Shown here in pieces: positions 48,756-63,063 of a DNA stretch of 64,000 bases. This stretch comes from Chiloscyllium plagiosum. Lineage: Eukaryota. The position numbers were made by a program, and so were the translations under genes. Within the stretch, counting starts at the first letter, position 1, and each line of letters starts with the position of its first letter. The stretch spans positions 22,099,714 to 22,163,713 of the forward strand of contig NC_057718.1 of assembly GCF_004010195.1 (NCBI RefSeq), in the 5' to 3' direction. The notes beneath the pieces are model-generated. The model ran no database searches and had not been told where the DNA came from. It saw only the letters and a list, made by a program, of their open reading frames with translations.

Positions 48756-50500
48756 AGGAACATAGGACTTAGGAACATAGACCTTAGGAGAAGAACTAGA
48801 TGATTCTGTCAACTGAGCCTGTTCTACCATTGAATAAGATTATGGCTGATCAGTTTGCTTTCTCAACTGCATCCCCTTCCACCTTCCCACCACCCCCCTG
48901 CCTCCCCACCACCACCACCCCACCATAACCTTTAATTCCCTCATCTATCAAAAATCTATGTAACTCAGCTTTGAATAACTTCAATGACTCTGACTACTAT
49001 TTTTTGGGGAAAAAGAATTCCATAGGCTAATGGAATTTTAAAAAAAATCTCCTTGCCTCTATCTCAAAAGGGAGACCTCTTATTCTTAAACTATGACCCC
49101 TTGTTCTAATCCTGCAAGAAGCAACATCCTCTTAGCATCCCTTCAGGATTTTATATGTTTCAATAAGATCACTTCTCATTCTTCTAATCTCCAATGGGTA
49201 AAGGCCCAGCCTGTTGAACATCTGTTCATAAGATAAGTCCACCATTGCAAATGGGTCAAGTGAACCTTCTCTGAACTGCTTCAAGCATCCGCAGTAAACT
49301 CCTCTGTTTTTATGTTTCAACCTTTTCTGTCCTAACCACTTGCTGGACATGCACACTAACATTTTGTTGTTCCGACTATCATACATTTTAACCCTACATT
49401 CAAGGCACAGAAGAAGATTAATAAATTTCAGGCTCCAGACCCTGTGTGGCCAATTATCTACAGCTTGGCAATCTGCAAAAGGTGCATTTGTCCTTGTTCT
49501 CTGCTTCTTGTTAGCTAACTAACCATTCATCCAAGCTAGTATGATACTGCTTAAATCATGACCTCTTATGCTGTATTGTAATCTTTGGTGTGGTAACTCA
49601 TCAAAAGCGTTTTGAAAAATCCAAGTGCACCACATACACAGGTTCCCTTTTATTCACCTTTCTTGTTAATTCCTCAAAAACACTAATAAATTAGTGAAAC
49701 ATGATTTTTGTTTCACAAAACAGTATTAACTTTGCCTGATCACATTGTGGTTTTCAAAATATCCTACGATAACTTCCTTAATAAGGATTTTGATACAACA
49801 GATGTTAAGTTGGTTGGCCTTTACTTTCCTCCATTTTGTCTCCCTCCTTTCTTGCTCAGATGCTTTGGAAAATTATAATCACTGATTCTACTTTCTGTGC
49901 AACCACCTCTTTTAAGAGTTTAGGATGCATGCCAGCTGATCTACCTCATCCCGGAGGCTTTTAAACTTGAAGACTAGTTGGTTTCTGAGCACCTTTTTAT
50001 TGGTGATGGTGCTTGTCTTAAATTTCACTTTCCCTTTCAATTCTTGATTTTCAAGTGGCTTTGGGAAGTTTTCTAAGTCTTCCAAAGGAAAGGCAGTCAC
50101 AAGGTACCTGTTCAGTGTCTCTGCCATTTCTTGGTTTTCCATTGCCAATACTCCAGACTCATTTTCTAGAAGACCAATGCTTGTTTCAGTTGCTATTTTC
50201 TTATTTAAATGCTTGTAGAAACTCTCACTGTCTATTTTTATATCTCTAGCCAGCTTTCTTTCATCAAGATTTTTTTGTTGAGTCATTCTTTTCTGGTCCT
50301 TAAAATGTGCCCAATTTTCTGACCCACAACTAACCTTTGCAGAATTGTAGAGTGTTCTGTTCAATTTGATACAATCTTTAACTTCTTCACTTTGCTACGA
50401 GTCTTACAGAGCCTTTTATTTCTATCTGTAATAAATCTTTGATAGGAGTTAAACATCTCCTTAAAACTCTGCCATTGCTTCCCTGTTCTACCTTTCAGCA
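48756..50500 (-). mobile_element. Decayed CR1 LINE
   Basis: RRMRSDLIETYKILKG (49132-49386); KIDSESFYKHL..EMAETLNRY (49912-50364). Confidence 0.8.
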
Positions 50501-50505
50501 TAGTT

Positions 50506-50848
50506 TCATAGAATCCCTACAGTGTGGAAACAGACCCTTTGGCCCAACAAGTCCACACCGACCCTCCGAAGAGTAACCCACTCAGACCTATTCCCCTACC
50601 CTATTACTCTACATTTACCCCTAACTAATGCAACTAACCTACACAACCCTGAACACTATGGGCAATTTAGCCAATTCACCTGACCGGCACACCTTTGGAG
50701 TGTGGGAGGAAACTGGAGCACCCGGAGGAAACCCAGGCAGACACGGGGAAAACACGCAAACTCTGTACAGACAGTCGCCCGACGCTGATATCAAACCCAG
50801 GTCCCTGGCGCTGTAAGGCAGCATTGCTAACCACTGAGCCACCATGCC
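50506..50848 (-). mobile_element. HE1-type SINE
   Basis: Minus strand GGCATGGTGGCTCAGTGGTTAGCAATGCTG; tail GTTTCCACACTGTAGGGATTCTATG. Confidence 0.88.
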
Positions 50849-51094
50849 GGGTGTATCTTAAATCAGTAGTCCTACAAGCAGACTTCTCCCTGTCGTACTG
50901 AATGTGATATTCCACCATGTTATGAATGCTGTTGCCTCCAGACGTGGTTATTGATTGACTCTCACTCATTGTTCATTACCAGGTCTACCCTGGTTACATG
51001 TAGACCTTAATGCTCTAAGAAATTGTTCTAGATACACTCTGTGAAACAATTTCAAGTCTACCTTGACCAACGTGGTTTGCCAAATTTAGACTCA

Positions 51095-51943
51095 TGAAGT
51101 CATAGAGACATATAGCATGGACCTTTGGTCCAACTTGTCAAAGCCGACCAGAGACCCGAAATAAATCTAATCCCATTTGCCAGCATTTGGACAATATCCC
51201 TTTAAACGCTTCCTATTCATATATCCATCGAAATGCCTTTTAAAGGTTGTAATTGTACCAGCCTCTACCACTTCCTCTGGCAGCTCATTCCATATATACA
51301 TTATCCTCTGCATGAAAAAGTTGCCCCATAGGTGCCTTTTAAATTATTCTCTGCTCACCTTAAACCCATGTCTTCTAGTTTTGGACTCCCCCAGCCTGGG
51401 GAAAAGACCTTGGCTATTCACCTTATCCATGACCCTCATGATTTTATAAACTTCTATAAGGTCAGTCATCAACATCTGATGCTCCAGGGAAAATAACCCT
51501 GGTCAATTCAGCCTCTCCCTATATTTCAACCCCTCCAGTCCTGACAACATCTTTGTAAATCTTTTCTGAACCCTTTCAAGTTTAGTGACATCTTCCCTAC
51601 AGCATGAATCCCTAGAATTGCATACAGTATTCCAAAAATGACCTAACCAATGTCCTGTACAGCAGCAACATGACCTCCCAACTCCTATACTCAATGCACT
51701 GACTAATAAATGCAAGCTTACCAAACGCCTTCTCCACTTTCCTGTCTATCTGTGACTCCACTTGCAAGGAGCTATGAACCTGCACTCCAAGATCTCTTTG
51801 TTCAGCAACATTCCCCAGGATCTTACCGTTAAGTATATAAATCCTGCCCTGATTTGCCTTTCCGAAATGCAGCATCTCACATTTATCTAAATTAAACTCC
51901 CTCTGCCACTGCTAAGCCCATTGGCTCATCTGATCAAGGTCCC
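51095..51943 (-). mobile_element. CR1 LINE 3' fragment
   Basis: LHFGKANQGRIY, QRDLGVQVH, LERVQKRFTKML. Confidence 0.9.
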
Positions 51944-53344
51944 TACATGTGGATTAAAATCAATTATGATTATTGCAGTAATTTTCTTCCTGTGTACTTT
52001 GCCTGACATTGTAACTATTGTTCAGGGCCTATAAGCTATAATCACAAACGACCTCTTAGTTTTCCTATTTCTGATGTCTACTGAAATTGATTCTACATCT
52101 TGCTCTTTCAAAATAAAGTAATCGCTCACTGAAGCACTAATGACAACCTTCATTAACAGAGATACTTCACCACTTTTTCCAAGCTTCCTGTCATCTTAAA
52201 ATATTAAATTACCCTCAATATTTTGGTCCCAACATGGATCACCTTGTAACCTTGCAACACTTCAGCTTCTGCTTCAATAATGTATGCTTTAGATTAAATA
52301 AGGAGGAAGATTGTTTATCCCTGTTGAAAATCTGCTCCCATATGTGCAGAATATATACATCTTGTCATGTGTTCCAGATTGTGTAAAACTGACTTTATTG
52401 TCTCCACATTGATTGAAGTATTAATTTGTAGATGCTAATGATATGAAGAGATATAGAAATAGCATAGGAAAATTACATTGATATTGATGACCAGCCATGA
52501 TTAAGAATGAAGGATTAACCTTGAGAGGCAGAATGGCTCACTCCAGCTCCTATTCCTTGTTGGAATGTTACCTACAAGTTCAGTTGGTGCCTCCATATCT
52601 CTTGGGTACTCTCCTCATCTAAAGATTCAATCCATACCCTAACAGTCTGTACTTGGGCTTTTACATTTTTCTGCTTTTTATAATTGTTTATGTATATATA
52701 TATATATATTATATGATTTTATATACAAATATACAGATGTTTCTCCATACAAAGAAACTTAAGGATGAAATATTAGCAAGATGGTAACAAACTTGGATGG
52801 ATTTAACCAGCATTGAACCCTCTTATTTTGGTCACTGACTTAAATAAATAGCTTAAACTGTTGCTACCAAATTACATTGATATTGGACAGTGAACTCTGC
52901 AGTGAATGTCCTGTCCACCAACTTGCCAAGAGATCTTGGCAAATTACTCTGCATGGTAGAAAATATAATTTAAAAGTAAGTTGCAAAAGGTTTGATTGCT
53001 GGTAGGTTGTAAACATTTAAATATTCAACTGCTAATTAATTCTGTGTGATTTCAGCTCTGGAATGTATACATTCCAGATTTGTATGAGACCCTGATATCA
53101 AAGTGAAATTACTAACACAAAATTAGACAATACTTTACGTGAGAGCAATGTGTGAATGGTATTTAAAGATTGAGAGAAGAACCAGAAATTTCTGAACGGT
53201 GGTACACGACCATCTTCTCAAGGACAATTAGACATGAGCAATAAATGTTGGTGCAACCAGCAAAACCAACATCTCATGAATGAATATTAAAAAAATTATT
53301 GTAGTAAGTAAAGCATAGTTCCTTACATATTCAGGAGAGAGAGA

Positions 53345-54475
53345 GAGAGGGATCAACTGAAACCAGTCGATTTAACCTAGTTGCTGGGTTGGAAAAATTG
53401 TTGGAAAAAAATCTGAGGGACAAACTAAAACTTCATTTTCAAAGGCATTGGTATGTCAAAGACTGTAAATATGAATTTATTCAGGGAAGGCTAAGCCTCA
53501 CTAACATGATTACCCCCTTAAAAGACTCAATGAGAAGAGTTGATGAGGGTTTATTTGATGTATTCTATCTAGATTTTAGCAATGATTTTAGCAAGACCCC
53601 ACATCTGAAAAGTAAAAACTGATCAGATCCAAGGTAAAGCAGCAAGTTGGATTCAAAATTGACTCAGAGGCAAAAAGTGAAGGTCAGTGAAAGGTCTTGT
53701 GATTGGAAGGGCTGTTTCCATTAAGACTTGGCACTGCTCAAATTCATTTCCCTTTTTTTTGGGACAAATAAAGTAGCAGTAGTTGTCAACATTATCCCAG
53801 AGGACTATTGGAGTGTTCTCTTGGTGGAGAGACATGACTGGTGGTGGATTTAACCATAGGATTACTATGCTTTAGGTAAGGGGTGAGATCAAGAAGGCAA
53901 GACCTTCATAGTGACCTCAGCTGCCATGGAAGTTCAACCAATGCTTTGTATCACTTTGTATTGTAAACCAGTTGACCAGCCACTTGAGCGAATTATTTTA
54001 TATATAAAACAGAATGAGATTAAACCAGTCAGAAATATATAAAGATATTGTAAGAACTTTTAATAATATATAAAAAGGAAGAGAACAGCTGAAGTAAAAG
54101 CAGAGGCAGAATAAATTATCATGACAAATGAGGCGATGGCATAAATATTGATCAAACATTTTGTGTCTTCCTTCACAGAAAAAATAACACTAACAGGAAG
54201 TATCTGATGTATTAATAAGAGTTAGAAAGGATAATTAAAATCACCTAAGAAAATTATTGTACAAACTCAAGGGTCTAAGATGTGATAAATCACCAGGACT
54301 TGATGGCCTATATCCAAGAGATAACAGAGGTACCGTTATAAGTTTTCAAACTTTCCTAGATTCTGGAATGGTCCAATACGGAAGGGAAAGAGAAAAGAGG
54401 GAACAGCAAACCAATTATCCTAAATTCAGGCATCAGGAAAATGCTGGAATCTATCAGTAAGTAAGTCTTAACAAT
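53345..54475 (+). mobile_element. Decayed CR1 ORF2 pieces with nested family 2 SINE (53765-53990, minus)
   Basis: FDVFYLDFSNDFSKTPH; DKSPGLDGLYPR. Confidence 0.65.
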
Positions 54476-54489
54476 GCACATGGAAAAGC

Positions 54490-57400
54490 CCACACTCGCA
54501 GCCATGCGCCGCCAACCTTATCCACACTCACAGCCAAAGGCTGCCACCTTATCTCTCTACAGTCAGCCCTGCCTCAGCCGAGGGCCACACTTTCTCAGAA
54601 CTGCAAAGGAACCGCTGCTGTTTTACATCACCAGAAGAATTCTTAAAACACTTAACAAATGCTTATTCTACACCATATTGGACATCAAAATCTGTAAGTA
54701 CAACAAACTTTCATGTACCCATCTCAACAGTCAGGAATCCTCGACCATTCCAGAAGCTTCCCGCGGCCTCCAGAATTGCTTGGCTGCCATCAACCATGCA
54801 GCTTCTCCAGCCACCACCACCACGGCGAACGATGATGTCATTTCCGTCCCCACCGCTTGACAGCCCGCAGCCATGGCTGACCATGCTGCCTCCGCGATCC
54901 CTGGCCAGACAACCACTGCCACAACTGCTATGAGATCCACTGCCGCCGAAACCAACGTGAGGCTTAAAGGGAACATCACTTCTGCCCCCTTTGTTGCAGC
55001 TGCCGCAGCCACTTCTGCCCCCACCGACATCACCTATGCCACACGTTCCGCCACTTCCGCCCTTTAGTTGCTGTCATCGCAACCACTTTTGCCCCCACTG
55101 ACAATACTCACCTGAACACCGCTGACAGAATTGCCAAGATATGCACCCCACAGATCCCACAGTCACCACCTCTGCGCCCCCTGATGGCCTGGATGTATGT
55201 CATTTCTGTAAATGATATTACCCCTGCTTCCTCTACTACCACCCCCCCACTCCCAGCTCCAGCCCTACACCAGATCCTAGCTCCCGGCCCTGCCAAGATT
55301 TCACCATTTCCCTCCAGACCTCCCCCTCACTGAGGACGAACTATTAGTCCTCAGCAAAGGCCATATCTTCATTTCCCTCCACTCCTGGATCAATGAATTC
55401 AACACATGTTGTGAAACCGAACACTTCTTCCACTGCCTCCGTCCCTGTGCTTACTTTTTCCACCAAGACTCCCGCCCACCTTCTGAGGACCCCTTCTCCT
55501 GCCTCATCCACCTGAACACCCTGTGCCAGTCAGTTACCCACCCTCGATCTCTTTACTTCCAACTGCCACCAGGACATTGACTGCCTCAACCTCACCCACT
55601 CTAACCTCTTACCCTCGCAATGCACAGCCCTCCATTCCCTCTGCTCCAACCCCAACCTCACCATGAAGCCAGTAGACAAGGGGAGGGGGTGCAGTAGTAG
55701 TTTGGTGCACTGACCTCTACACTGCTGAAGCCAGGCGCCAACTCGAAGACACCTCCTCCTACTGCCCCCTCAACCACGACCTCACCTCCCATCATCATCT
55801 CCCAAACCGTACACAACCTCATCACCTCAGGAGATTTCCCACCATAGCTTCCAACCTCATAGTTCGGAAATCTTGCACCAACCAGTTCTACTTTCTACCC
55901 AAGGTCCACAAGCCCGACTACCCCGGCCGATCCATCGACTCGGCCTGTCCCTGCCCCACCAAATTCATTGATACTACCCTATCTCCCCGGTCCAGGAACT
56001 CCCCATATACGTTCAGGACACCTCTCACACCCTCCAACTCCTCCAAGACTTTTGTTTCCCTGGTTCCCAATGTCTCATCTTCTTCATGGACAACCAGTCC
56101 CTGTACAATAGACAATAGACAATAGGTGCAGAAGTAGGCCATTCTGCCCTTCAAGCCAGCAACACCATTCATTATGATCAGGGCTGATCATCCTTAATCA
56201 GTATTCTCTTCCTGCCTTATCCCCATAACCTTTGATTCCACTATCCTTAAGAGCTCTAGCCAAATCTTTCTTGAAAGTATCCAGAGACTTGGCCTCTACA
56301 GCCTTTTGGGGCAGAACAATCCACACACCCACCACTCTCTGCGTGAAGAGGTTTCTCCTCAACTCTGTTCTAAATGGCCTACCCCTCATTTTTAAATTGT
56401 GTCCTCTGGTTCGGGACTCACCCATCAGCGGAAACATGCTTCCTGCTTCCAGAGTGTCCAATCCTTTAATAATCTTATACGTCTCAATCAGATCCCCTCT
56501 CAGTCTTCTAAACTCAAGGGTATACAAGCCCAGTCGCTCCAGTCTTTCAGTGTAAGGTAATCCCGCCGTTCCAGGAATTGACCTCGTGAACCTACGCTGC
56601 ACTCCCTCAATAGCCAGAATATCTTTCCTCAAATTTGGAGACCANNNNNNNNNNNNNNNNNNNNNNNNNNNNNNNNNNNNNNNNNNNNNNNNNNNNNNNN
56701 NNNNNNNNNNNNNNNNNNNNNNNNNNNNNNNNNNNNNNNNNNNNNNNNNNNNNNNNNNNNNNNNNNNNNNNNNNNNNNNNNNNNNNNNNNNNNNNNNNNN
56801 NNNNNNNNNNNNNNNNNNNNNNNNNNNNNNNNNNNNNNNNNNNNNNNNNNNNNNNNNNNNNNNNNNNNNNNNNNNNNNNNNNNNNNNNNNNNNNNNNNNN
56901 NNNNNNNNNNNNNNNNNNNNNNNNNNNNNNNNNNNNNNNNNNNNNNNNNNNNNNNNNNNNNNNNNNNNNNNNNNNNNNNNNNNNNNNNNNNNNNNNNNNN
57001 NNNNNNNNNNNNNNNNNNNNNNNNNNNNNNNNNNNNNNNNNNNNNNNNNNNNNNNNNNNNNNNNNNNNNNNNNNNNNNNNNNNNNNNNNNNNNNNNNNNN
57101 NNNNNNNNNNNNNNNNNNNNNNNNNNNNNNNNNNNNNNNNNNNNNNNNNNNNNNNNNNNNNNNNNNNNNNNNNNNNNNNNNNNNNNNNNNNNNNNNNNNN
57201 NNNNNNNNNNNNNNNNNNNNNNNNNNNNNNNNNNNNNNNNNNNNNNNNNNNNNNNNNNNNNNNNNNNNNNNNNNNNNNNNNNNNNNNNNNNNNNNNNNNN
57301 NNNNNNNNNNNNNNNNNNNNNNNNNNNNNNNNNNNNNNNNNNNNNNNNNNNNNNNNNNNNNNNNNNNNNNNNNNNNNNNNNNNNNNNNNNNNNNNNNNNN

Positions 57401-59672
57401 NNNNNNNNNNNNNNNNNNNNNNNNNNNNNNNNNNNNNNNNNNNNNNNNNNNNNNNNNNNNNNNNNNNNNNNNNNNNNNNNNNNNNNNNNNNNNNNNNNNN
57501 NNNNNNNNNNNNNNNNNNNNNNNNNNNNNNCCTGTTTCTGTCTTCAAGGGCCCAATTTTAGTCTTAACCATTTTTTTTTCCTTTCACATACCTAAAAAAG
57601 CTTTTACTATCCTCCTTTATATTTTTGGCCAGTTTACCTTTGTACCTCATTTTTTCTCTGTGTATTTCCTTCCTAGTTATCCTCTGTTGTTCTTTAAAAG
57701 CTTCCTAGTCCTCAGTTTTCCCACTCATTTTTGCTATGTTATACTTTTTCTCTTTTGACTTTATATGTTTCTTAACTTCCCTCATCAGCCACGGCCACCC
57801 CTGCCTCCTCTTAGGATCTTTCTTCCTTTTTGGAATGAACTGATCCTGCATCTTCTGCATTATATCCAGAAATACCTGCCATTGTTGCTCCACTGTCGTC
57901 CCTGCTAGGGTATTGCACCGTTGAACTTTGGCCAGCTCCTCCCTCATAGCTCCATCGTTCCCTTTATTCAACTAAAATATTGTCACTTCCGATTGCACCC
58001 TCTCCCTTTCAAATTGCAGATTAAAGTTTACACATTCTATCTGCCATGACCAGGGCCTCTAAATCCTCTGTCTCTTCCTGTCCCAGTGTGCCCATCAGTA
58101 CCCTTCCACTGACACTATCATTCATTTGGCTGAACTGGTCCTCACCCTTCATAATTTCTCCTTTGAATCCTCCCACTTCCTCCAGATGAAAGGGGTAGCT
58201 ATGGGCACCTGCATGAGCCCCAGTTAGGCTTGTCTCTTTGTCAGTTACGTGGAACAGTCTATCTTCCGCAGTTACACTGGCACCACTTCCCACTTTTTCC
58301 TCCGCTACATTGATGACTGCATCGGTGCCACCTCATACTTCCATGAGGAGGTTGAACAGTTCATCAACACTTCACCAACACATTCCATCACTCCCTTAAG
58401 TTCACCTGGACCATCTCAGACACCTCCCTCCCCTTCCTGGACCTCTCCATCTCCATCAACGGTGACCGACTCAACACTGACATCTTCTACAAACCCACCA
58501 ACTCCCACAGCTACCTGCACTACACCTCCTCTCACCCTGCCTCCTGTAAAAAACGCTATCCTTTATTCCCAATTCTGGACCAGTTTCACCACCGAACACA
58601 CCAGGTGGCCTCCTTCTTTAAAGACTGCAACTTCCCCTCCCATGTGGTTGATGATGCCCTTCAACGTATCTCATCCACTTCCTGCACCTCCACCCTCGAA
58701 CCTCACCCCTCCAACTGCAGCAAGGACAGAACCACATGCCAACCCCCCAACCACCACTCCCCCGCCCCCTCTCCTCACCTCCCACCCCACCAACCTTCGT
58801 ATACATTGCATCATCCTCTGCAATTTCTGCCAACTACAAATGGATCCCACCCCTATCCGCTTTCCGTAAAGACTACTGCCTCCGCAAATCCCTTGTCAGG
58901 TCTCCCCCCCCACCCACCGTCAACCTACCCTCCCCTCCTAGCACCTTATCCTGCCACTGCAAGAATTGCAAAACTTGTGCCCACACCTTCCCCCTCACCT
59001 CCATCCAAGACCCTAAAGGAGCCTTCCACATCCATCAGAGTTTTACCTGTACTTCCACTCATGTCACTTACTCCATCCGTTGCTCCCGATGCAATCTCCT
59101 CTACATTGAGGAAACAGGATGCCTACTCATAGAGGCTTCAGAGAACATCTCTAGGACCCCTGCACCAACCAATCCCACCGCCCCGTGGTCAAACATTTCA
59201 ACTCCCGCTCCCACTCCGCCAAGGACATACAGGTCCTGGGCCTCCTCCATCGCCACTCCCTAACCACCTGACGCCTGGAAGAAGAACACCTCATCTTCTG
59301 CCTCAGGATTGTCCAACCACACAGCATCAGTGAATTTTGCCAGTTTCCCATTCCCCCCCAACCTTATCCCACTTCCAACCTTCTAACTCAGCACCACCCT
59401 CATGACCTGTCCTCATCAAACTTCCTTTCCACCTATCCCCTCCACCCTCCTCTCTGACCTATCACCGTTACCCTGGCCTCCATCCACCTATCACACTCTC
59501 AGCCACCTTCCCCTTATCCACACCCCCCTCCCATTTATCTCTCCACCCCCTCGGCTAACAACCTCATTCCTGATGAAGGGCTTTTTGCCCGAAATGTCAA
59601 TTCTCCTGCTTCTCAGATGCTGCCTGACCTGCTGTACTTTTCCAGCACCAAACTCTTGACTCTGATCTCCAA
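54490..59672 (+). mobile_element. Near full-length decayed Penelope-like element, interrupted by a CR1
   Basis: N-terminal Ala/Thr-rich region; VLSKG, KPVDKG, FYFLPKVHKPDYPGRSI, FLRYIDDCIGA RT motifs; CKNCKTC..CNLLYIEETG GIY-YIG; terminal repeat with CTGATGAAGGGCTTTTTGCCCGAAATGTC at 59570-59598. Confidence 0.9.
56108..58026 (-). mobile_element. CR1 LINE nested in the PLE, spans the gap 56646-57530
   Basis: [23 protein letters not shown]; (TATTGTC)n tail at 56105-56125; ORF2 pieces 57531-58025. Confidence 0.88.
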
Positions 59673-59704
59673 CATTTATATTAGGTTTTATGCAAAAAGA
59701 TCTA

Positions 59705-60429
59705 TGTTACAGGCTTCTTACTAAGCACAATCTTGGATTTATTATCAAAACAAAATTTTTTCAATGAAGTACAATAATTAGTTATCATACATAGTCAGTA
59801 ATACAGAATATAAATACTTATCCCCTAAATAGCCCCAAAACACACACACACATGAACACACATACACACACATTTCATTCTCTTCAGGAAAAGAGAGAGA
59901 AAAGCGAACAGATTTCCCTGTTAAGTATTTGCTTTCTGAAAATAAAAACACTTTGACTAATGGGTTATTCTTGAAGGCACAAGCAGAGTGCATAGAATGT
60001 TTTAGAGTCTGGTACTCTGATGTTCTGGTACATGTGATTGTCACTAATCCTGCAATATTGTCTCTAGTCTTGTCGACATAGATTGCTCTGTAAATGCAAC
60101 CTTAAGGTGTTTCAATCACTGTTGTAAAAAATATAATTTGCCTACATGGGAGAGATCAGCATTATTGATAGCAGGCTTCCTTCTAACTCAGCTCTCACTT
60201 TGTCACTGTTCAAAAACAGCAGAGACTAGAGCAAAGCAAGCAATTACTATGTGATCTCTTGGAAGCCTTTCTAAAAGAAACTCTCCAATGTCCACAATTA
60301 TCTTTCAATGACCTCAATTAAACAATTAAAACAGGTGTGTTCACAAAATCTGAAATAATTTCATTTTTTTCTGCAACCCTTCAAAGTTCAAGTCTTGTAA
60401 GCAATTTTAAAAGAAGCATTTTTGTAACA
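59705..60429 (-). mobile_element. 3' LTR of a Gypsy element
   Basis: TGTTACA...TGTAACA termini; minus-strand polypurine tract GGGGGTGGAG immediately upstream (60430-60439). Confidence 0.75.
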
Positions 60430-61005
60430 CTCCACCCCCATAGAAAATTTAAATGCCATTTTAAAATATGTTTCATTGTAAAGTGTGGACAACAGATATA
60501 AAAACAATTATCACACATTAACATATTCCTTTTCATTTGTACTTTTCATGTAGCTTATATAATTAACTCTGATAACCTTCCTAATATTTGGACAATGCAA
60601 ACAAAATCACATTCTTGACATGGCATTGGTGTTGTCACACTGCATTGTTTTTCCCTTCAATATGACAACTCTTTAAAAGATAAGGTTGTAACAGCAAATA
60701 GTTTGACATTTTGGTTTTCCCAAGGCTGGGGTGATGACCAGCTTGCAACAATCTCCCTCTGTAACCATGATGAACATACACTTCAAAATGTTTAAGAACC
60801 AGTAGTAAGTGCAGGGATTATTTTTCTACCATAGGATATCTCATTTGATGCTGATTTAGTTTTCCAGAAAAATATTCTACTCTGTTCTCTATGCCTGACC
60901 CATCTTCTTGCAACAGAACTGCCTACTCCTGAATCACAATCATCAATTGTTACCTTGAAGGACTTAGTGAAATTGGTGTAGCCAGCACTAATTCATTGAT
61001 CAATT

Positions 61006-62365
61006 TAGAGTCATAGAATCACAGAGTTGTACAGCATGGCAACGGACCCTTTGCTCCAACTCATCTGTGCTGACCAGATATTCTGAATTAATCTAATCCC
61101 ATTTGCCAGCATCTAGCTGAAATCCCTCTGAACCCTTCTTATTCATGGGCCCATTCAGATGGTTTTTAAATGTTGTAATAGAACTAGCTTCCACCACTTC
61201 CTCCTCACCTGATGAATGAGCAGTACTCCGAATGCTTGTGATTTCAAATAAACCTGTTGAACTATAACCTGGTGTTACATAACTTCTGACCTGGCCCATC
61301 CCAATCCAAATCCAGCACCTGCACATCACACCTCCTCTGGCAGTTCATTGGATGCATGTTCATTGGATACACCATCCTCTATGTGAAAACGTTGCCCCTT
61401 AGGTCTGTTTTAAATCTTTCTCCTGTCACCTTAAGCTGATGCCCTCTAGTTTTGGACTCCCCTTCCCTGGGAAAAAGACTTTGGCAATTCACTCTATCCA
61501 TGCCCCTCATGATTTTATAAATCTCTATAAGGTTACCCCTCAAGGAAAATAGTCCCAGCCTATTCAACCTCTCTCGATTGCTCAAACCCTCCAAACCTGG
61601 CAACATTCTTATAAATTTTTTCTGCAACCTTTCAAATTTAATAATGTCTTTCCTACAACAGGGAGACCAAAATTGCAGACAGTGTTCCAAAAGTGGCCTA
61701 ACCAATATCCTGTAAAGCTGCAACATGACCTCCCAACTCCTATACTTAATGTACCAAATGCCTTCTTCACAACCCTGTCTACCTGTGACTTCACTTTCAA
61801 GGAACTACGAATCTGCACCCCAAGATCTCTTTGGCAACACTCCCCAAGACCTTACCATGAAGTGTAAATGTACTGCCCTGATTTTCCTTTCCAAAATGCA
61901 ACACTTCACATTTATCTCAATTAAACTCGACTTGCCAATCCTAGGCCCATTGGCCTGTGTGATCAAGGTCCCATTGTACTCTGAAGTAATGTTTGATGCT
62001 GTCCACTACACCACCAATTTTGATGTCATCTGCAAATTTACTAACTATGCCTCCTATGTTCACATCCAAGTCATTTATATATATGACAAAAAACAGTGCA
62101 CCCAGTACCAATTCTTGTGGCACAATGCTGGTCACAGGCCTCCAGTCTGAAAAGCAACCCATCACCATCACCCTTTGTTTTCTACCTTCAAGCCAGTTCT
62201 GTATCCAAATGGCTAGTTCTCCCTGTATTCTGTGAGATCTAACCTTGCTAACTTGTCTGCCATGTGGAGCCTTGTCGAATGTTTTGTTGAAGTCCATGTA
62301 GACAACATCTACCGCTCTGCCTTTATGAATCCTCTTTGTCACTTCTTCAGAAAACCTAATCAAGT
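61006..62365 (-). mobile_element. CR1 LINE nested in the Gypsy element
   Basis: YMDFNKTFDKAPH, SKFADDIKIGG, VRPLLEHCLQFWSP. Confidence 0.92.
61204..61328 (+). mobile_element. Family B insertion starting at a degenerate hammerhead
   Basis: TCAC-CTGATGA..GAATGCTT-GTGA; TSD CACTTCCTC / CACCTCCTC. Confidence 0.78.
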
Positions 62366-62738
62366 TAACAGTTTCTCAAATGATGTTAAGCACTCCCCTA
62401 GCCATACTATCTAGGCTTTCGTTTGGAGAAAATCCGTCAGTGGAACGAAGTGCTGAAATCTGGTACAAACTTAAAACCCAATCATCCACAACATTGAATT
62501 ATTTCCAGTTTACTTCTCGTACCAGTGCTTCCTTTGCTCTTATTGGCAGCACTGATCCTTGCTATACTATATTCCCTAAGTAGTTTACTTATTTCTTCAA
62601 ATTCACTTTTAGAAGTTTTGTCACCCAATCAACCAATTGTAAATTCTTAAGCATAGCTTCCGTTTTTTTCCAAATGGTTCTCCCGAGCATATACCAATAC
62701 ATCATTGAGATAAACTACATAATTAGGAACATAATGAC

Positions 62739-62972
62739 TACATGTCAGGAATCCTTTATCCAAAAATCTCAAGACCAGCTGGTTTTTGGATAAAGGATAA
62801 TTTTGGTTTTTGGATCCACTTTTGGGCCCACACGGACTCAGCAGCAAAGTTTTTTCCAAAAGAGCCCAAACTCCGTGTGTCGACAGGTCCTTTCGGGTCT
62901 GCTTTCAAAACATCTTCAGTTTTTAAGTATTATGGGTTTTCAGACGTGCAGATAATGGCTATCTAACCTGTA
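62739..62972. mobile_element. Tc1/mariner-type MITE
   Basis: TACATGTCAGGAATCCTTTATCC.. / ..AGATAATGGCTATCTAACCTGTA; interrupts the Gypsy RT. Confidence 0.5.
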
Positions 62973-63063
62973 CTTGATTTATCGGTCTCTGGAAAGTTGC
63001 TGGAATTTCATTTAACTTGAATGGCATTACTAAGCATTGGAAAAGGCCGTCTAGTATGACAAA

